Assembly: GCA_964016885.1 (NCBI GenBank)
Contig: OZ024749.1
Coordinates: 3,844,001 to 3,908,000, forward strand
DNA: 64,000 nucleotides
Origin: Eledone cirrhosa
Taxonomy: Eukaryota
Direction of reading: 5' to 3'
Positions within the stretch are counted from its first letter, which is position 1. The number at the start of each line of letters is the position of its first letter. Of the stretch, positions 29,538 to 43,512 are shown piece after piece. A program made the translations under genes and the position numbers. The notes below the pieces were generated by a model. That model made no database searches. It had not been told where the DNA came from and saw only the letters and a list, made by a program, of their open reading frames with translations.

Positions 29538-29583
<46 letters not shown>

Positions 29584-29761
29584 TATATATATATTCATTT
29601 ATATGCATATATAAATATATATATATATATATATAAGTGAATATATATATATATATGTATTTATATATAAATATATATATACATGTGTGTGTATGTATAT
29701 ATATACATATATATATTTATATATTTAGAAGTGGTTACACAACAGTTAGTTCAGTCAGTTC

Positions 29762-29819
29762 ACCATACCGAGAACAATTGTTTCAACTCTGCGGATCTTC
29801 AGCTCGGGATGTGTATGGT
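29762..29819 (-). ncRNA. Type-I hammerhead motif with extended stem I
   Basis: accatac..ccgag-CTGAAGA-tccgcagagtt-GAAA-caattg-TT-ctcgg-tatggt; stem II is weak. Confidence 0.7.
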
Positions 29820-29931
29820 TATAGGAACAAGAAGGACAACCGTGCGAACGCGCATGCGCAGAAACTCGGTCACTTCACACAGGTAATACTAGCCTGCGTG
29901 CGGGAGCTGTAAGTGAGATAACTGCGAAAGT

Positions 29932-31338
29932 CCTGTTGGGGATAACGACTCGGCTCAAGTCACAGATTTAGTAGGTATTTACATAGCCCATAGTTTACAG
30001 AGTAAGTTTAGCGACCTTCACGGTGGAATCTACAGAGATGACGCCTTTCTCCTAGTTAATAACCTAAATAACCAGAGCATAGAAAGCCCCCGTAAGAATA
30101 TTAGAAAGACTCTCGGGAAACTAGGCCTTAGCATAACGTATGAGTATAGCACTAAAACAGTTAACTTTCTAGGCGTGACGCTTAACCTAAATACGGGACT
30201 TATAAGACCTTTTCACAAGATTAATGAAAACTTAGCATACATCAACTGTAACTCAAACCACCCACTATCCATAATTAAATCCATTCCACGCAGCATATCC
30301 CTTAGGATCTCCCGCCTTTCGTCTAACCGACAAATCTTAGAGGAACTTGCAGAATACTACAATACCGCATTAGAGAAGGCAGGCCACTTAGATAGAGTAG
30401 ACTATATAGATGAAAGCCTCCGCAAAGCGCACACGAACACGCATACCACAAACTCCAGAAACACACGCACACACGTACTTACGCATAGAACTACAAAGTA
30501 TAGTGTAAATAGAAATACAACATCGAAATCAAACAAGTCACGCAGTAGAAAATATATTTGGTATAAGCCCATATTTAACACCTCTATTAGTACTAATCTA
30601 CCTTCTACCTTCTTTCGAATAATAAATAAACACTTTCCAGATTCACATAGATACAGCAAAATCCTTAACACTAAATCTATTAGACTATCTTACTCGACGG
30701 CACCAAATATAGAGGCACATACTAAGATGCTTAACGTTAAAAAGATACATAACAACACCAGAACACAAATTTACAACAATAACAATACAATCACCATTGA
30801 ACACAACATAATATCTAATAAACAAACACCCACTAATAGGCAAACAAAACGTAACACACTTGTACAGGCATCGCAGCCCACCAATAATGCCAAAGTTGCC
30901 CATGACAAGAATTGTAACTGCCACCTACCTGAAACATGTCCATTACATAATGAATGTGTGCAGTCTAACCAGGTTTACCAATGCACAGTCGAATCAGACA
31001 ACCAGAAATGGTATTACAGTGGAGCGACTGGGAATACATTTAAAGCCCGTTGGTATACACACCGTTATGCAATGAAACATTCCAGTATCGTTATGTAACT
31101 ACCCTTGCATACAAGACCTGGCAACGGAGGGAAAGTAACCATTAATACACTCAAGTTGAAAAAATTAACGAACGCGCCCCCGTATCGGAGTGGTATGAGA
31201 AGCTGTCGATTAAGTGACCCTGAGCTGTTCCACATTTTGAGTTCGAAGAATAAGTTACTCAACAATAAAATCGAAAGATCAATTTATTGTAAACATAGAC
31301 TCAAAGAAAAGTTTTTGCACTACAAATCGAAACCTTAA
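29932..31338 (+). pseudogene. Penelope RT and GIY-YIG endonuclease, frameshifted near 31100
   Basis: The frame is open upstream of the listed 30175 ORF: VGDNDSAQVTDLVG..GIYRDD..VNFLGVTL. It continues with SNHP, YIWYKPIF..KHFP..LSYS, CNC..CPL...C, VYQC..YYSGAT..FKARW, then CRLSDPE..LLN..CKH. Confidence 0.9.
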
Positions 31339-32130
31339 CCTCTTACTACCAACTAACTAACTGCATATACTTAGACTTTATACGCTCTTATTGTATCTAA
31401 ACCCTTTTAATTACCCACAAAACCAATACCTATATCTCTCCCTTCTCCTTCAGTCCTTTTCTATTCGTTTTCTTCCTTCCTTCCCTCCCCTTCTTGCCTA
31501 TCTTTTCTTTTCTTCTTTCTCCTCCTTCTTTGCTTTTATATTTGTCATTATTATCTTTATCTTTATTTGTTATATATATTTATCTCTTTATACCCCCCCC
31601 CCCTCTCTCTCTATCCACCCCTCCCACTATGATCAATTTAATTCTCTTTAACTCACTACATTCCACGACATGAAGTCTACATATCAAAACTGATCAAGGA
31701 ATGCTTCCACCTCTACCCCACCCTCCATCTCAGTTTGTCACTCTACTTCCTAACACTTCACCCCCTTCCCCTCTCTCTCTCTATACTAGTAAATACAATT
31801 CCCCAAAAATGTTTTTCTCTATATATTAAGAACTATTTCAAGAGTAACTTACTCACTATTTTGAACATTTGGACATGAACAACGATTATAATTGAGTGGC
31901 TGCTATTTGCAGTATAACAATATAAGGTTGCACTTACCAATGAAACGGTCGTAAATACCTGGATAAAATCCTTCTCTTAATGCTTACCTCTGTTTTCTCT
32001 TTTATACTTTATACTCCAAGATTGAACGGAATTCTTACACACTTGTGGAGTTACGACTAACCGTACGTTGAAACCATCCATCAAACTGGCTTTCTTAACC
32101 ACGAACTGGATCACAATAAGCAATTTTTTG
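29932..32130 (+). mobile_element. 5'-truncated Penelope-like element (Naiad-type), partly degenerate
   Basis: RT C-half plus GIY-YIG coding region followed by a pyrimidine-rich 3' region. The right boundary is approximate. Confidence 0.85.
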
Positions 32131-32138
32131 CTTCTCTT

Positions 32139-32201
<63 letters not shown>

Positions 32202-32587
32202 GTGTGTGTATGTGTGTGTGAGTTTGTGTGTGTGGTATCCCTCATTTACCAGTTCTGCCTAATGACTGAGGGAATTAATTTAATAATCAATTAATCAGTG
32301 TGAATCATTGTGGACAATTATATGTGAGAATAGCAAATTATAACTAATTTTTTTTCTTCAAAGTCCCGGCTGTACCATTTTACCGATTGGTACCGTCAGG
32401 TGATTAGCATTATACCAATCGGCGAAACTGTATTGTCTGGACTTTGTAGAAAATATTAGCTATATGTTTGTCTATTTCCTCCTCACACCTATAATTGTTG
32501 GTTATATATACACATAAATTGAAGAAACACGGAGGTTAACAATTTAAATCCATTCTTTAATTTCTACATATATTTCTTTAATGTAGG

Positions 32588-32757
32588 GTTAGAGAGTCGG
32601 ACGCTATGCTTTCAAGCATAGAGTAACGGCTCTTTACAATTTGAGTTCAAATCCCGCCGATGTTAACTTTGCCTTTCATCCTTACGGGGTTGATAAAATA
32701 AAGCACCAGTAATTCATTGTGGTTAATTGCTGACCTTGTGCCAAAAGCAGAACTAAT
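32588..32757 (+). mobile_element. SINE family A copy
   Basis: Matches the consensus. Confidence 0.85.
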
Positions 32758-32783
32758 TCCGCTTCACTTCTTTGCTTTCCGCA

Positions 32784-32898
<115 letters not shown>

Positions 32899-34291
32899 TT
32901 GAGACAATTAACAAAGGAAGTAGAAGACAACGAACGGAAATAATCCAAATGAAAATCAAATATATATGTATTCTAAAATCCAGTGAAGCGGGGAAACTTC
33001 TGAAGTGGCTGTTAAGCTTATACAGTGAACAATAGGTAGTATTGATCCCTAGTTAAATATGAGGTGTAACCATGTTTTGTTATGGTTGTTACTCTAGAGC
33101 TACGTGTTTCCAGTCCCGTTGCAGCGTTCTCTAAAAGAAAATCGAATCTAGTTAAATCTGATGGAGGGTTAATTGTTTGGTTGCCCATTTGAAGTGCCCT
33201 TCTATATTCTAATGCAGAAATCACACTAATATCTCGGAACAACACTCCTCTCTGCTTTATAGCTAGATTTTATGGAGACCCCACTACCAGAGGTCCCTAG
33301 TCTGAGGTTAGCTTCTTTCCTTCCTCCAACTAGTCAGTGAATTCCCGGTAACCTACAATCGCTGCTGCCATTCCAGATCTGACTAAGACATTACAATTAC
33401 AGCATGATTAAGATCTTTTATTAAGCATTACATTCACAGACAATACTAGAATTTGCAGCCTTATCTCTATTATAATTAATTCATTAATCATTTTCTAACA
33501 ATATTAAGTAATGTATTCCTAAATATATTTCTGAACTCTTTCTTAAATAAAGACGTGAGCTCATTTGGTTTGAGATATATGAAATTATAGCTGGCCTGGG
33601 GATAAAACAAGAAAATAGACATCAACAACAGGGATAACGACAGTGGCAACCATACCTACTACATTAGATACACTCTATAACCATTTCAAAACACACATTA
33701 AATAATGTTGATTTGGATATGCTTATACACCATTTCTGAAAGAGTAATGGAAGCTCACTTGGCTAGAGATCTGTAAAATTATAGCTGGCATGGGGACTAA
33801 ATGACAACAAACGCAACAACAAAAATAGCAGCAACTACAGTAAATACAACATTAGCAACAACCTCAATAATACCATCAACGTAAACATCAATCTCATCAA
33901 CAACAACGCCGACAGTAATAAATGTAACTGATCATAGTTTCAATCAAACCTTCCCTATTCGATATTGGTGTTCAAAAGAAAGTGAAATCGGATATAAATA
34001 TTTAATTTTATAGATTACACTTCAGATTGATTACTTGTGAACTTCCAGAATAGGTTTCTAGTTTTATATTTTATTTTGCTTAATATTTTTTAATGATTTT
34101 TTCCTCTATTTGATTTCGTTTTAGTTAAATCTGTCACGACCTTACTTTTGTCTAGTAACGTGTTTTCATTATATCTAATTTTGACTACTTGCTGCGGTTC
34201 AGTACATTTAATTAATTTTATATGATGTCAGTTTTGTTTATATTTTAGTCTCTCTACCCCTCTCAATCTCTCTATCTCACTCTCTCACTCA

Positions 34292-34360
<69 letters not shown>

Positions 34361-34362
34361 CA

Positions 34363-34400
<38 letters not shown>

Positions 34401-35219
34401 TGTGTATGTGTGCGTGTGTGTATGTGTGTGTGTATGTATGTGTATGTGTGTGTGTATGTGTATGTGTGTGTGTAGATAATATTTCTGTTCCTATATTCCT
34501 GTTCCGTACTGGAAGTGCAATATAAACTGCTCCTATATTGAACTGAGGTGAGATGTTAAGTAAAAAAAGAAAAGGTAAACAAAAACCCAAATATTCAAAT
34601 AGTCTAATGTCGGGTGTTGTTTTGATTACATCTATTTGATGACCGCCTAAACGGAGTAGGGGCAGAGGGACATCATATTTTAGACTACCTAACCTATGTT
34701 AGGGTAGACCAGTTCTTAACGTATCATCGATGTTGATTTCTATGTGTCACCTAATGAAAACAATTCAACAAGAAATAAAAAAAAAACAATTACTTTGACC
34801 AATAGATAAACGACATTGTAAATAAGTGAGGCAGAGTAAAAAATATATTAATAGCAAATACAACAATTTCCATGGCGTTTGTCAATTACTCGTTTATTGA
34901 CTGGAAGATTCTTCTTCAATTCAGCAGAATTGTTGGAGCGTCCGACTCAATATTTAACGATGTTTGTCCCAGTTCTATATTTTCTGCGTTTAACTTTTAC
35001 CTTACTATGTAAAATATTTAGATCATCTGATAAAACATCATTACGATATTCGTTCCAAGAGATTTCAAATACGGTAAAAGCGGGCTTTAACTTCCATCAT
35101 TATATGGTCAATAAAATAAACTATCTGTAAGAAACAGGAGACGATTTGATCGCCTCTCCCTTTCGAATATGTACCTCTGTGCTAAAATAGAAACACATAT
35201 TATTATTAATGCTGTTAGG

Positions 35220-35440
35220 GCGATGGATTGACAGTATCGGTAGGGATTCGGAGGCCATGCTCTGCAGCATAGAGTTACGGTCCTTTATGATCTGACTTCA
35301 AATCCCACCGAGGATAACTTTGCCTTTCATCCTTACGGGGTCGATAAAATCAAGTACCAGTCACGAACTGGGGTCGATTTAGTCGACTTTCTCCTTCCCC
35401 AAAATTGATTGCCTTGTGCCTATATAAGAAACCATTATTA
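35220..35440 (+). mobile_element. SINE family A copy (long variant)
   Basis: Matches the consensus; attattaatgct on both flanks. Confidence 0.85.
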
Positions 35441-35454
35441 ATGCTTTTATATAG

Positions 35455-35943
35455 GGTGGTGGTTAAGCCGAATTGGTAGAGTGTCGGCCAGCCTGCTTCG
35501 CCGCATAGAGTTACAGTCCTGCAGGTTCCGAGTTCTAATTCCGCTGAAGGGGCATCGCTTAGTAGTTAGAACATTGGGCTTGCAATCAAAAGGTTATGAG
35601 TTCAATTCTCGGACCGGATAATGTGTTGTTTCCTTGAGCAATAAACTTTATTTCACGTTGCTCCAGTTTACTCAGCTGTAGAAATGAGATGATAGGATTG
35701 AATTCCCTGTCATTAAATCATCCGAGACACCTTCAACGAGATATACATTGCAGGAGGCCAGCTATATCTTCATAGGTGTCAGCTGTAACAACAACAACAA
35801 CAAATTCCGCTGAAGTTGGCTTTGCCTTTCCTCCTTACGCGGCCGAAAAAAATAAAGTACCAGTAAAGCATAGGGGTTGATATAATCGACTTTCCCCTCT
35901 CCCCAAAATTGCTGGCCTTCTACTTGAATAAGTAATCATTATT
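35455..35943 (+). mobile_element. Older SINE A copy interrupted by a nested SINE
   Basis: Head at 35455-35549; body resumes at 35816. Confidence 0.75.
35550..35802 (+). mobile_element. Nested tRNA/CORE-like SINE with (AAC)n tail
   Basis: A/B-box-like head (tagtagttag..gagttcaattc) and (AAC)n tail; TSD aattccgctgaag at 35537-35549 and 35803-35815. Confidence 0.85.
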
Positions 35944-35949
35944 AATAGC

Positions 35950-36145
35950 AGTTGATTGGCAGTATCGGTAGAGGGTCGGACGCTATGCTTTGACGCATAG
36001 AGTTACGGCCGTTGCCATTTGTGATATGAGTTCGAATCCCACCGAGGTTAACTTTGCCTTTCAACCTCACAGGGTCGATAAATAAAAGTACCAGTAATAC
36101 ACTCATATCATTGTTGGCCTTGTGCCAAAAGTAGAAACGATTATT
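35950..36145 (+). mobile_element. SINE family A copy
   Basis: Matches the consensus. Confidence 0.85.
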
Positions 36146-36479
36146 AATGCTTTTATATGTCAAATGTAATTGAGAATCGGATTGGATGCCTTTTTCTGTG
36201 TAGTTACGCTGAAATATACTCGACATCTATCTCCTTGAGGGAGAGACGTTGTCATTTACCTTATCACATGCGAAAGTAGGGAAAACTCAATCTATTTTCC
36301 CTTCACTCCCGAAAGCTTTCCTATTTCGTTAACGCAGGAAATGAGCACCCCTGAAGGCGGGAATCCGTTACAATAGGTCGAATATTTGTTATTTTTTTAT
36401 TATTAGTTTATTGCATGTTTATTAATAGTGCATCCCCATACACACTAAGACACATACACACACATATATATATAAATAT

Positions 36480-36530
<51 letters not shown>

Positions 36531-37174
36531 TATATACATATGTGTATGTGTGTGTGTGTGTATGTATGTGTGTGCGCGTGTGTGTGTATATGTGTGTGTG
36601 TGCGTCTATGCATTTGTGCCACAAATGAACTAATGCAATTTCATGACAATTCTTACAATTGCTAATCTTGTTTCCCCAAAGGGAATCTACATTTTTATGT
36701 TGTTGTTCATATTATTATTATCGTTATTATTACCATTATTGTTATTATTATTATTATTGTTGCTATTATCGCTGTTAATATTGTTACTTTGTTGAATACA
36801 TGGTTAGAAAATGTGAATAGAAAAGTTAAGTTATTTGGTCAATCGTATAAAAGCCTGTAACAATACCCATAAATTTGAATAGATTTCTCTAGAATAACCT
36901 ATTGCTATTTTACAATTATCATTCATGAACGTATTTCCCCACCCCACGTGAAGATTTCTCTATACATTTATGGGCTTACTAGTTTTTGTTCTAAAGAAAC
37001 CCAATTTCTGGTTAGTGGAATTCTTTAGGCGACATATGCTTTTCACATAAAACGTATTTACATTAACGAGTATACTGTGAAGTCTCAACGCTGAATGCAG
37101 AGGGAAAATGAAAACGGAAACAGGGAAATAGGTATGCATGTGTTTGTTTATGTGTGTGTATGCATTAATTTTTA

Positions 37175-37223
<49 letters not shown>

Positions 37224-37283
37224 GTATGCAGACATACGCAGTTACAGAGACACACGCGCACACATATATATTTGTAATATATA

Positions 37284-37317
<34 letters not shown>

Positions 37318-37369
37318 TTTTTTATATATATATATATATATATACATACATACACACACATACACACAC

Positions 37370-37400
<31 letters not shown>

Positions 37401-37497
37401 TATAAGGAGAGAGAGAAAGATAGATATGTATATATATGTATGCATACATACGCTGTTACAGAGACACACGCGCACACATATATATTTGGAATATATA

Positions 37498-37528
<31 letters not shown>

Positions 37529-37555
37529 CATATATGTATATATATATATATATTT

Positions 37556-37651
<96 letters not shown>

Positions 37652-37997
37652 TGCAGAAAGATATTGTTGGATAGGTAGAAAAAATACAAGACCACCTAAT
37701 CTAAGAAGCATTAAAAGTGTTGAACCCTTTACTAGCTGAACGGTCAACGATGAGGTTAGCTGTAGACGATGGATTCCAAAGAATTTAACAGAACCATATT
37801 GTTCAGGTTTCTTCATTTCCCTCCATTTTGCATTAAACACATCTTGCTTCCTGCGTACTAATATTTGTGAACTCGTTTTTGTTCATTGTAACATTTATGT
37901 ATTCACTTGAGAATATGCAATTTTCTTTAGAACAAGTCTTGCAGAAGAGGCTTCCAATGAGAATAAAGTAAAAATATAGAATAAAGAACACGCAAAT

Positions 37998-38762
<765 letters not shown>

Positions 38763-39387
38763 CAAACTATTAAATATTCTTCGAAAATTCATTCGATGGT
38801 GAGGGGGAAAATGCCAAACTTAAGATTTTTTTTTATGACTCAACAATTGATATCGGATATATAAAAATGGAAGTATAGTAAAGATTCGTTGAGATGAATA
38901 TGTAATAATAAAGTGTAAAATCTCGCTGACGGAAACCTTATGGATAAATTCATGGATTGCTGAAGTGGTTATAAAAGAAATATAGATATATCGAACTACA
39001 CAAGTAGAACTATAGCAGAATGTTACAACCACCATTGTGACAAGTCTTCCTTTAATTATGCTCTTTGATTCGTGTATTACACTGCGGCCATGCTACAGCA
39101 CAGGCTTCATGGATTTATCTGGACATACATATCAATCGCAGTACTTATTTTATCAATATTTATATAATTTTTTTATCGAATCAGGCATATGGCTGACATA
39201 AACGAGCAGTATGCATAACAGACAGATACGGATGGGTACACATACTTACATATATAATTACATTAATACATTAGTTTGAATCACACCGATGTCAGCTTTG
39301 CCTTTCATCTTTAAGGGGCCGATAAAATAAAGTATTATTAACTTTTAAATATATATGTATGCAGAAATCATTATTTTTCTTGTTCCA

Positions 39388-39577
39388 ATGGCGGTGGCTT
39401 TGCAGTATCGGTAGAGGGTCGGCCGCCATGCTTTGACGCATAGAGTTACGGCCCTTATCATTCTGAGTTCAAATCCCGCCGAGGTTAACTTTGCCTTTCA
39501 TCCTTACGGGTTCTATAAAATAAAGTACCAGTAATGTACTGGGTAATTGCTGGCCTTGTGCCTAAAGTAGAAACAAA
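39388..39577 (+). mobile_element. SINE family A copy with 16-bp TSD
   Basis: TSD tatttttcttgttcca at 39372-39387 and 39578-39593; a partial older copy lies at ~39275-39340. Confidence 0.9.
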
Positions 39578-41150
39578 TATTTTTCTTGTTCCACCACTCC
39601 ATTGTTCATCAATAGACTACTTCTATGGTCCAGTGATTTCTAGTCGTGTAAATCCAGCCAGCTTCTCAGACAACTGTACCTAGCACCATATATATTCATT
39701 GAGTTCTCCTGATGGCCGGCTATAATTTAATATTGTGTGGTGTGTCAGTTTGAATTCATCAAAAGCATAAACGATATTGACTAGAAGTTGTGCTACGAAA
39801 CAGCCTAATTAGTAAATGTAAGAAAAATATTATTCTATATGTCAATGTAATGTCCAGAGTTGACATCCGATGTTTCAAATGAAACTCTCGCTTGCTTCTT
39901 AAAACGATTGAATATTGTAATTTGCACATCATTTTCCAAGCCCGACAAAAGCTTTTGAAGATTTCAAGTGAAAAGATCTCAACATAATTATTTCAATGTT
40001 TGCTTTTCCCGATAATTTCTTTTACGATTCTAAGTAGGTTTCATGCTGTCCAGAATACCTATAGTACAGATAATGTTGACCAATCAACTGTGTTATGATA
40101 TCATTTGCAGTTATACGGTGGCATATTTTAATATATCATTGTTCACTATTGCATTCAGCGCAATGCTTATTCATGCATTCTCAGACATTTATCTTGTCAT
40201 TCGAATGAAATACAGAATTAATTAGATACTTCACATCGTCCAAAGTATATAATATGTCACGATTACTAAATTTGAAGTATCTTTCACACATAAATAGTTT
40301 GCAATAAGCTATGAACTGATTTTAAACCAGATGTCATGTCGTTGACATTAATCGGGGTGGGATTTATCTTTCATCCTGCATCAAATAAACTCGTATGAAT
40401 ATACCCCAGCAGACATTTATAAGAGCAGAAAAGGTTACGTTCTTATTACAAATATCTGAGAAAGCCACATCTCAAATGGCAGTTAAATATTAGGAAGATT
40501 GTGAAGTTATGTTCGAAGGATCAGTATTTTCTTAGTAGAAAATCATCTCGTAGTTTAAAAGAGTAATCCTTCATGCTAACATTATTGTTTGGATCTGAGT
40601 CATTGACCTTTCAATGTTGGAAGTTGGACTGCCTTCACATCACTTGTGTTGGAAGAATTATGTTTAAAATATAGCTAAATGAGCACGGTAAATCAAGCAA
40701 ATAGAGAGCGGAAACCATGTTTCCGTTGTCTCAATTCTGCCAAATTGTCAACATTAATTATCTATATAGCATTCTTAAATAGATTATAACTTATATTCTG
40801 AAGCTCATAGTTGTACTAATACTTTTATAAGTAAGCATTTTCACCAAACCTTCTTGTGTTATTGTCTAGCAATTGTTATTGTCTAGCAATTGTTTTGGGA
40901 TTTCATATTTCAAATGCTTTCGATCGTACACTTTGTACGTTGGTACGTTTGTACACTTTGCAAAAGGTGCAACAGGATGTAGATTATTTATCCCGAGAAT
41001 ACAACGCATCGCCCAGGGCAGGATTTGAAACCACAACTTAAAGAATGTGAGTGATACACCACAAGAAATAGAAATTACATAAACCATCACCTGACTTACA
41101 ACCATTGCCAGTAAAATGGATATCTTCTATGAATATCGCATTATTGCACA

Positions 41151-41335
41151 TACGGTGGATTGGCGGTATCAGTAGAAGGTCGGACGCCATGTTTTGCGGT
41201 ATAGAGTTACGGCACTTTATGAGTTCAAATCCCGCCAAGGTTAACTTTGCCTTTCATCCTTACGGGGTCGATAAAATAAAGTATCAGTATTATACTGGGA
41301 TAATTGCTGTCCTTGTGCCAAGAGTAGAAACAATT
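41151..41335 (+). mobile_element. SINE family A copy
   Basis: Consensus match; attattgcac on both flanks. Confidence 0.88.
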
Positions 41336-41611
41336 ATTGCACGTAGAAATTATTGAGTTTCATGAGATTTTCCTTCCTCCTCCGAGCATTCTTTCAGGCT
41401 CAGTAAAAGCATAGTGGATCTCTTCTCCCACCCTCGATAAAAAGTAAGAATAAAATCCTTGCTATTAAATGTACATGTTAATCCTTCATATGCTCACTTA
41501 GCATGGACCGTGAAATTATGTCATGAAGTGGGTAATTAAACATGAGGGAGGCTATTCTTCTACAAGCCTGGCCACATACATATTTCTCTCATTTGAGAGA
41601 GTGAGGAAATA

Positions 41612-41742
41612 TTTGATACTTTATTTATCAAACTATAAAATATGAAGGACGAAGTTAACCTCCCCAAGATTTGAACTCAGATCGCTAAGAATGGAAGAAA
41701 TAAAGCGAAGTATTCTATCCAATATTGTCCCAATTCTGCCAA
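41612..41742 (-). mobile_element. Degenerate SINE A copy
   Basis: gatacttttatttatc..tgaagg..aagttaacctc..gatttgaactcaga. Confidence 0.6.
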
Positions 41743-42550
41743 ATTGTCAACATTAATTATCTATGTAGCATTCTTAAATAGATTATAACATATATCCTGA
41801 AGATCATAGTTGTACTAATACTTTTATAAGTAAGCATTTTCACCAAACCTTCTTGTGTTATTGTCTAGCAATTGTTTTGGGATTTCATATTTCAAATGCT
41901 TTGGCGTTGTTTCTTTATTAGTGAACAGATTGCCGTGCAAAGTATTAGTAAATTAATGTAAATACATTAATATTTTATTTCATACAACCAGTATAGAATA
42001 TCATGTTAATGTGGTTTCATGTGATCAGCATCATCATCAGCAGTCTTTTGACTTCTGTAGTCGTCGGGGATATGTGAATACAGAAACACATATATTCAAA
42101 ATAGTCTATCAACGGCGGCCCTCAGCGAATCTGGTATAGGTATGGGCCTCCATTCTTAGACGATACAAGACAATGGATATGTTATATGTTCCAGTTTATC
42201 TCTTACATACTAATTTACCCGCTAATGTGTGTGTTAAGTAGGTTAAACCGATAAAAGTAACGTTTTGTGGATGATCTTATTTATAACTTTGAAAGTATTT
42301 CATTGAAGGTAGTAGTAAATAGCGAAGGTTTCTCTTGAGGAGGAGCTCTCTGACAATTTTATAATGATTGATACACTACTAAGGAGATACTTCGCAAAAA
42401 GATCTTATTGTGGCCTCATCTAAATGTGCGCGTCTCCAGCTATCTCATTTCAGGTTATACCTATTTGTATATATGCATGTCTATATATTTATATATATAT
42501 AGTATCAAGAAAACGAAAAGTCTGTGATGCATCTGGACTTAGTTTATTTC

Positions 42551-42639
42551 GTGTTACAAATGTTTCGCCGGCATGCAGCTCGAGTCATGGTCCTTGTATG
42601 GATCTGGGTGATTCTACTTCTGCGGGTTCTTTCAGACAC
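42551..42639 (-). ncRNA. Hammerhead-like motif with one extra core nucleotide
   Basis: gtgt-CTGAAAGA-[~60 nt]-GAAA-catttg-TA-acac; homologous to 58201-58288. Confidence 0.55.
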
Positions 42640-42978
42640 ATCTGTTAAGTCGCGAGCAAATTTTATCACTGGGGTATTGTTATCAAAACAACCCGTAAAA
42701 AAAAACCTTCTTTCCACTCTTGTCATGCCATTGGCTGTTTTTACTTCATGTCATCACAAGTTCTGGTCAGTATCTGCTGCCACACGGTTCATCAACCATG
42801 TTACCGTCCGACATATTTCAATGGAGTCATGCTGGGTTCAGTACCTCACACGTCTGCTCACACTTCAGAGTAAGCACGCACACATACTAGAATAATCACA
42901 TAGTAACACACACATATATATACCCAGACATACACCTATCTATGCATTCACACTCGTACGTCTACATGCTACCACTAT

Positions 42979-43031
<53 letters not shown>

Positions 43032-43039
43032 CATGCATA

Positions 43040-43153
<114 letters not shown>

Positions 43154-43465
43154 AATTGGGGTTCGTATGTTTATGCTTATATAGTGATGGGGATAGATAT
43201 GTAGTGATATCTTTATTTTATTGCATCCGAATTCCTGTGCTTATATATATATATGTATATAGTATTAGTTATACTATTTATGGTTATGTAAATACAAAAC
43301 CTTAAGCAGTTGTAAGTATTTTACACACACCCTAAATAGGGGTAGGCAGTATTGTATTACTACCTTATTACCAGTAAGTTAAGTAGCTCAATGTAAAAAC
43401 ATCAGATGATTTACAGAGCAGTTATATGAAATATAAGAATCAAAGAACTGTTCAAAACATTATTG

Positions 43466-43512
43466 TGCTTACAGCTGTTTCCTCCAAACCGAGGTTTGGA
43501 TTCTTCGGAGCA
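43466..43512 (-). ncRNA. Hammerhead motif in Penelope pLTR (CCGAAGA core)
   Basis: tgct-CCGAAGA-a-tccaaacc-tc-ggtttgga-g-GAAA-cagctg-TA-agca. Confidence 0.7.

Larger units (their letters stand above)
40732..41902. repeat. ~170-190-bp direct repeat about 1 kb apart
   Basis: caattctgccaaattgtcaac..tttcaaatgcttt at 40732-40920 and 41731-41902; the first copy has an internal ~17-bp duplication. Confidence 0.85.

Noticed and set aside
33018-33245. 75-aa minus-strand ORF
   Set aside because: Non-ATG start and no recognisable motif.
35550-35625. tRNA gene
   Set aside because: The tRNA-like head continues into a SINE body with a tail and TSD; no full cloverleaf evident.
36345-36385. cctgaaggcgggaatccg motif
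   Set aside because: Lacks both the GA and GAAA core positions.
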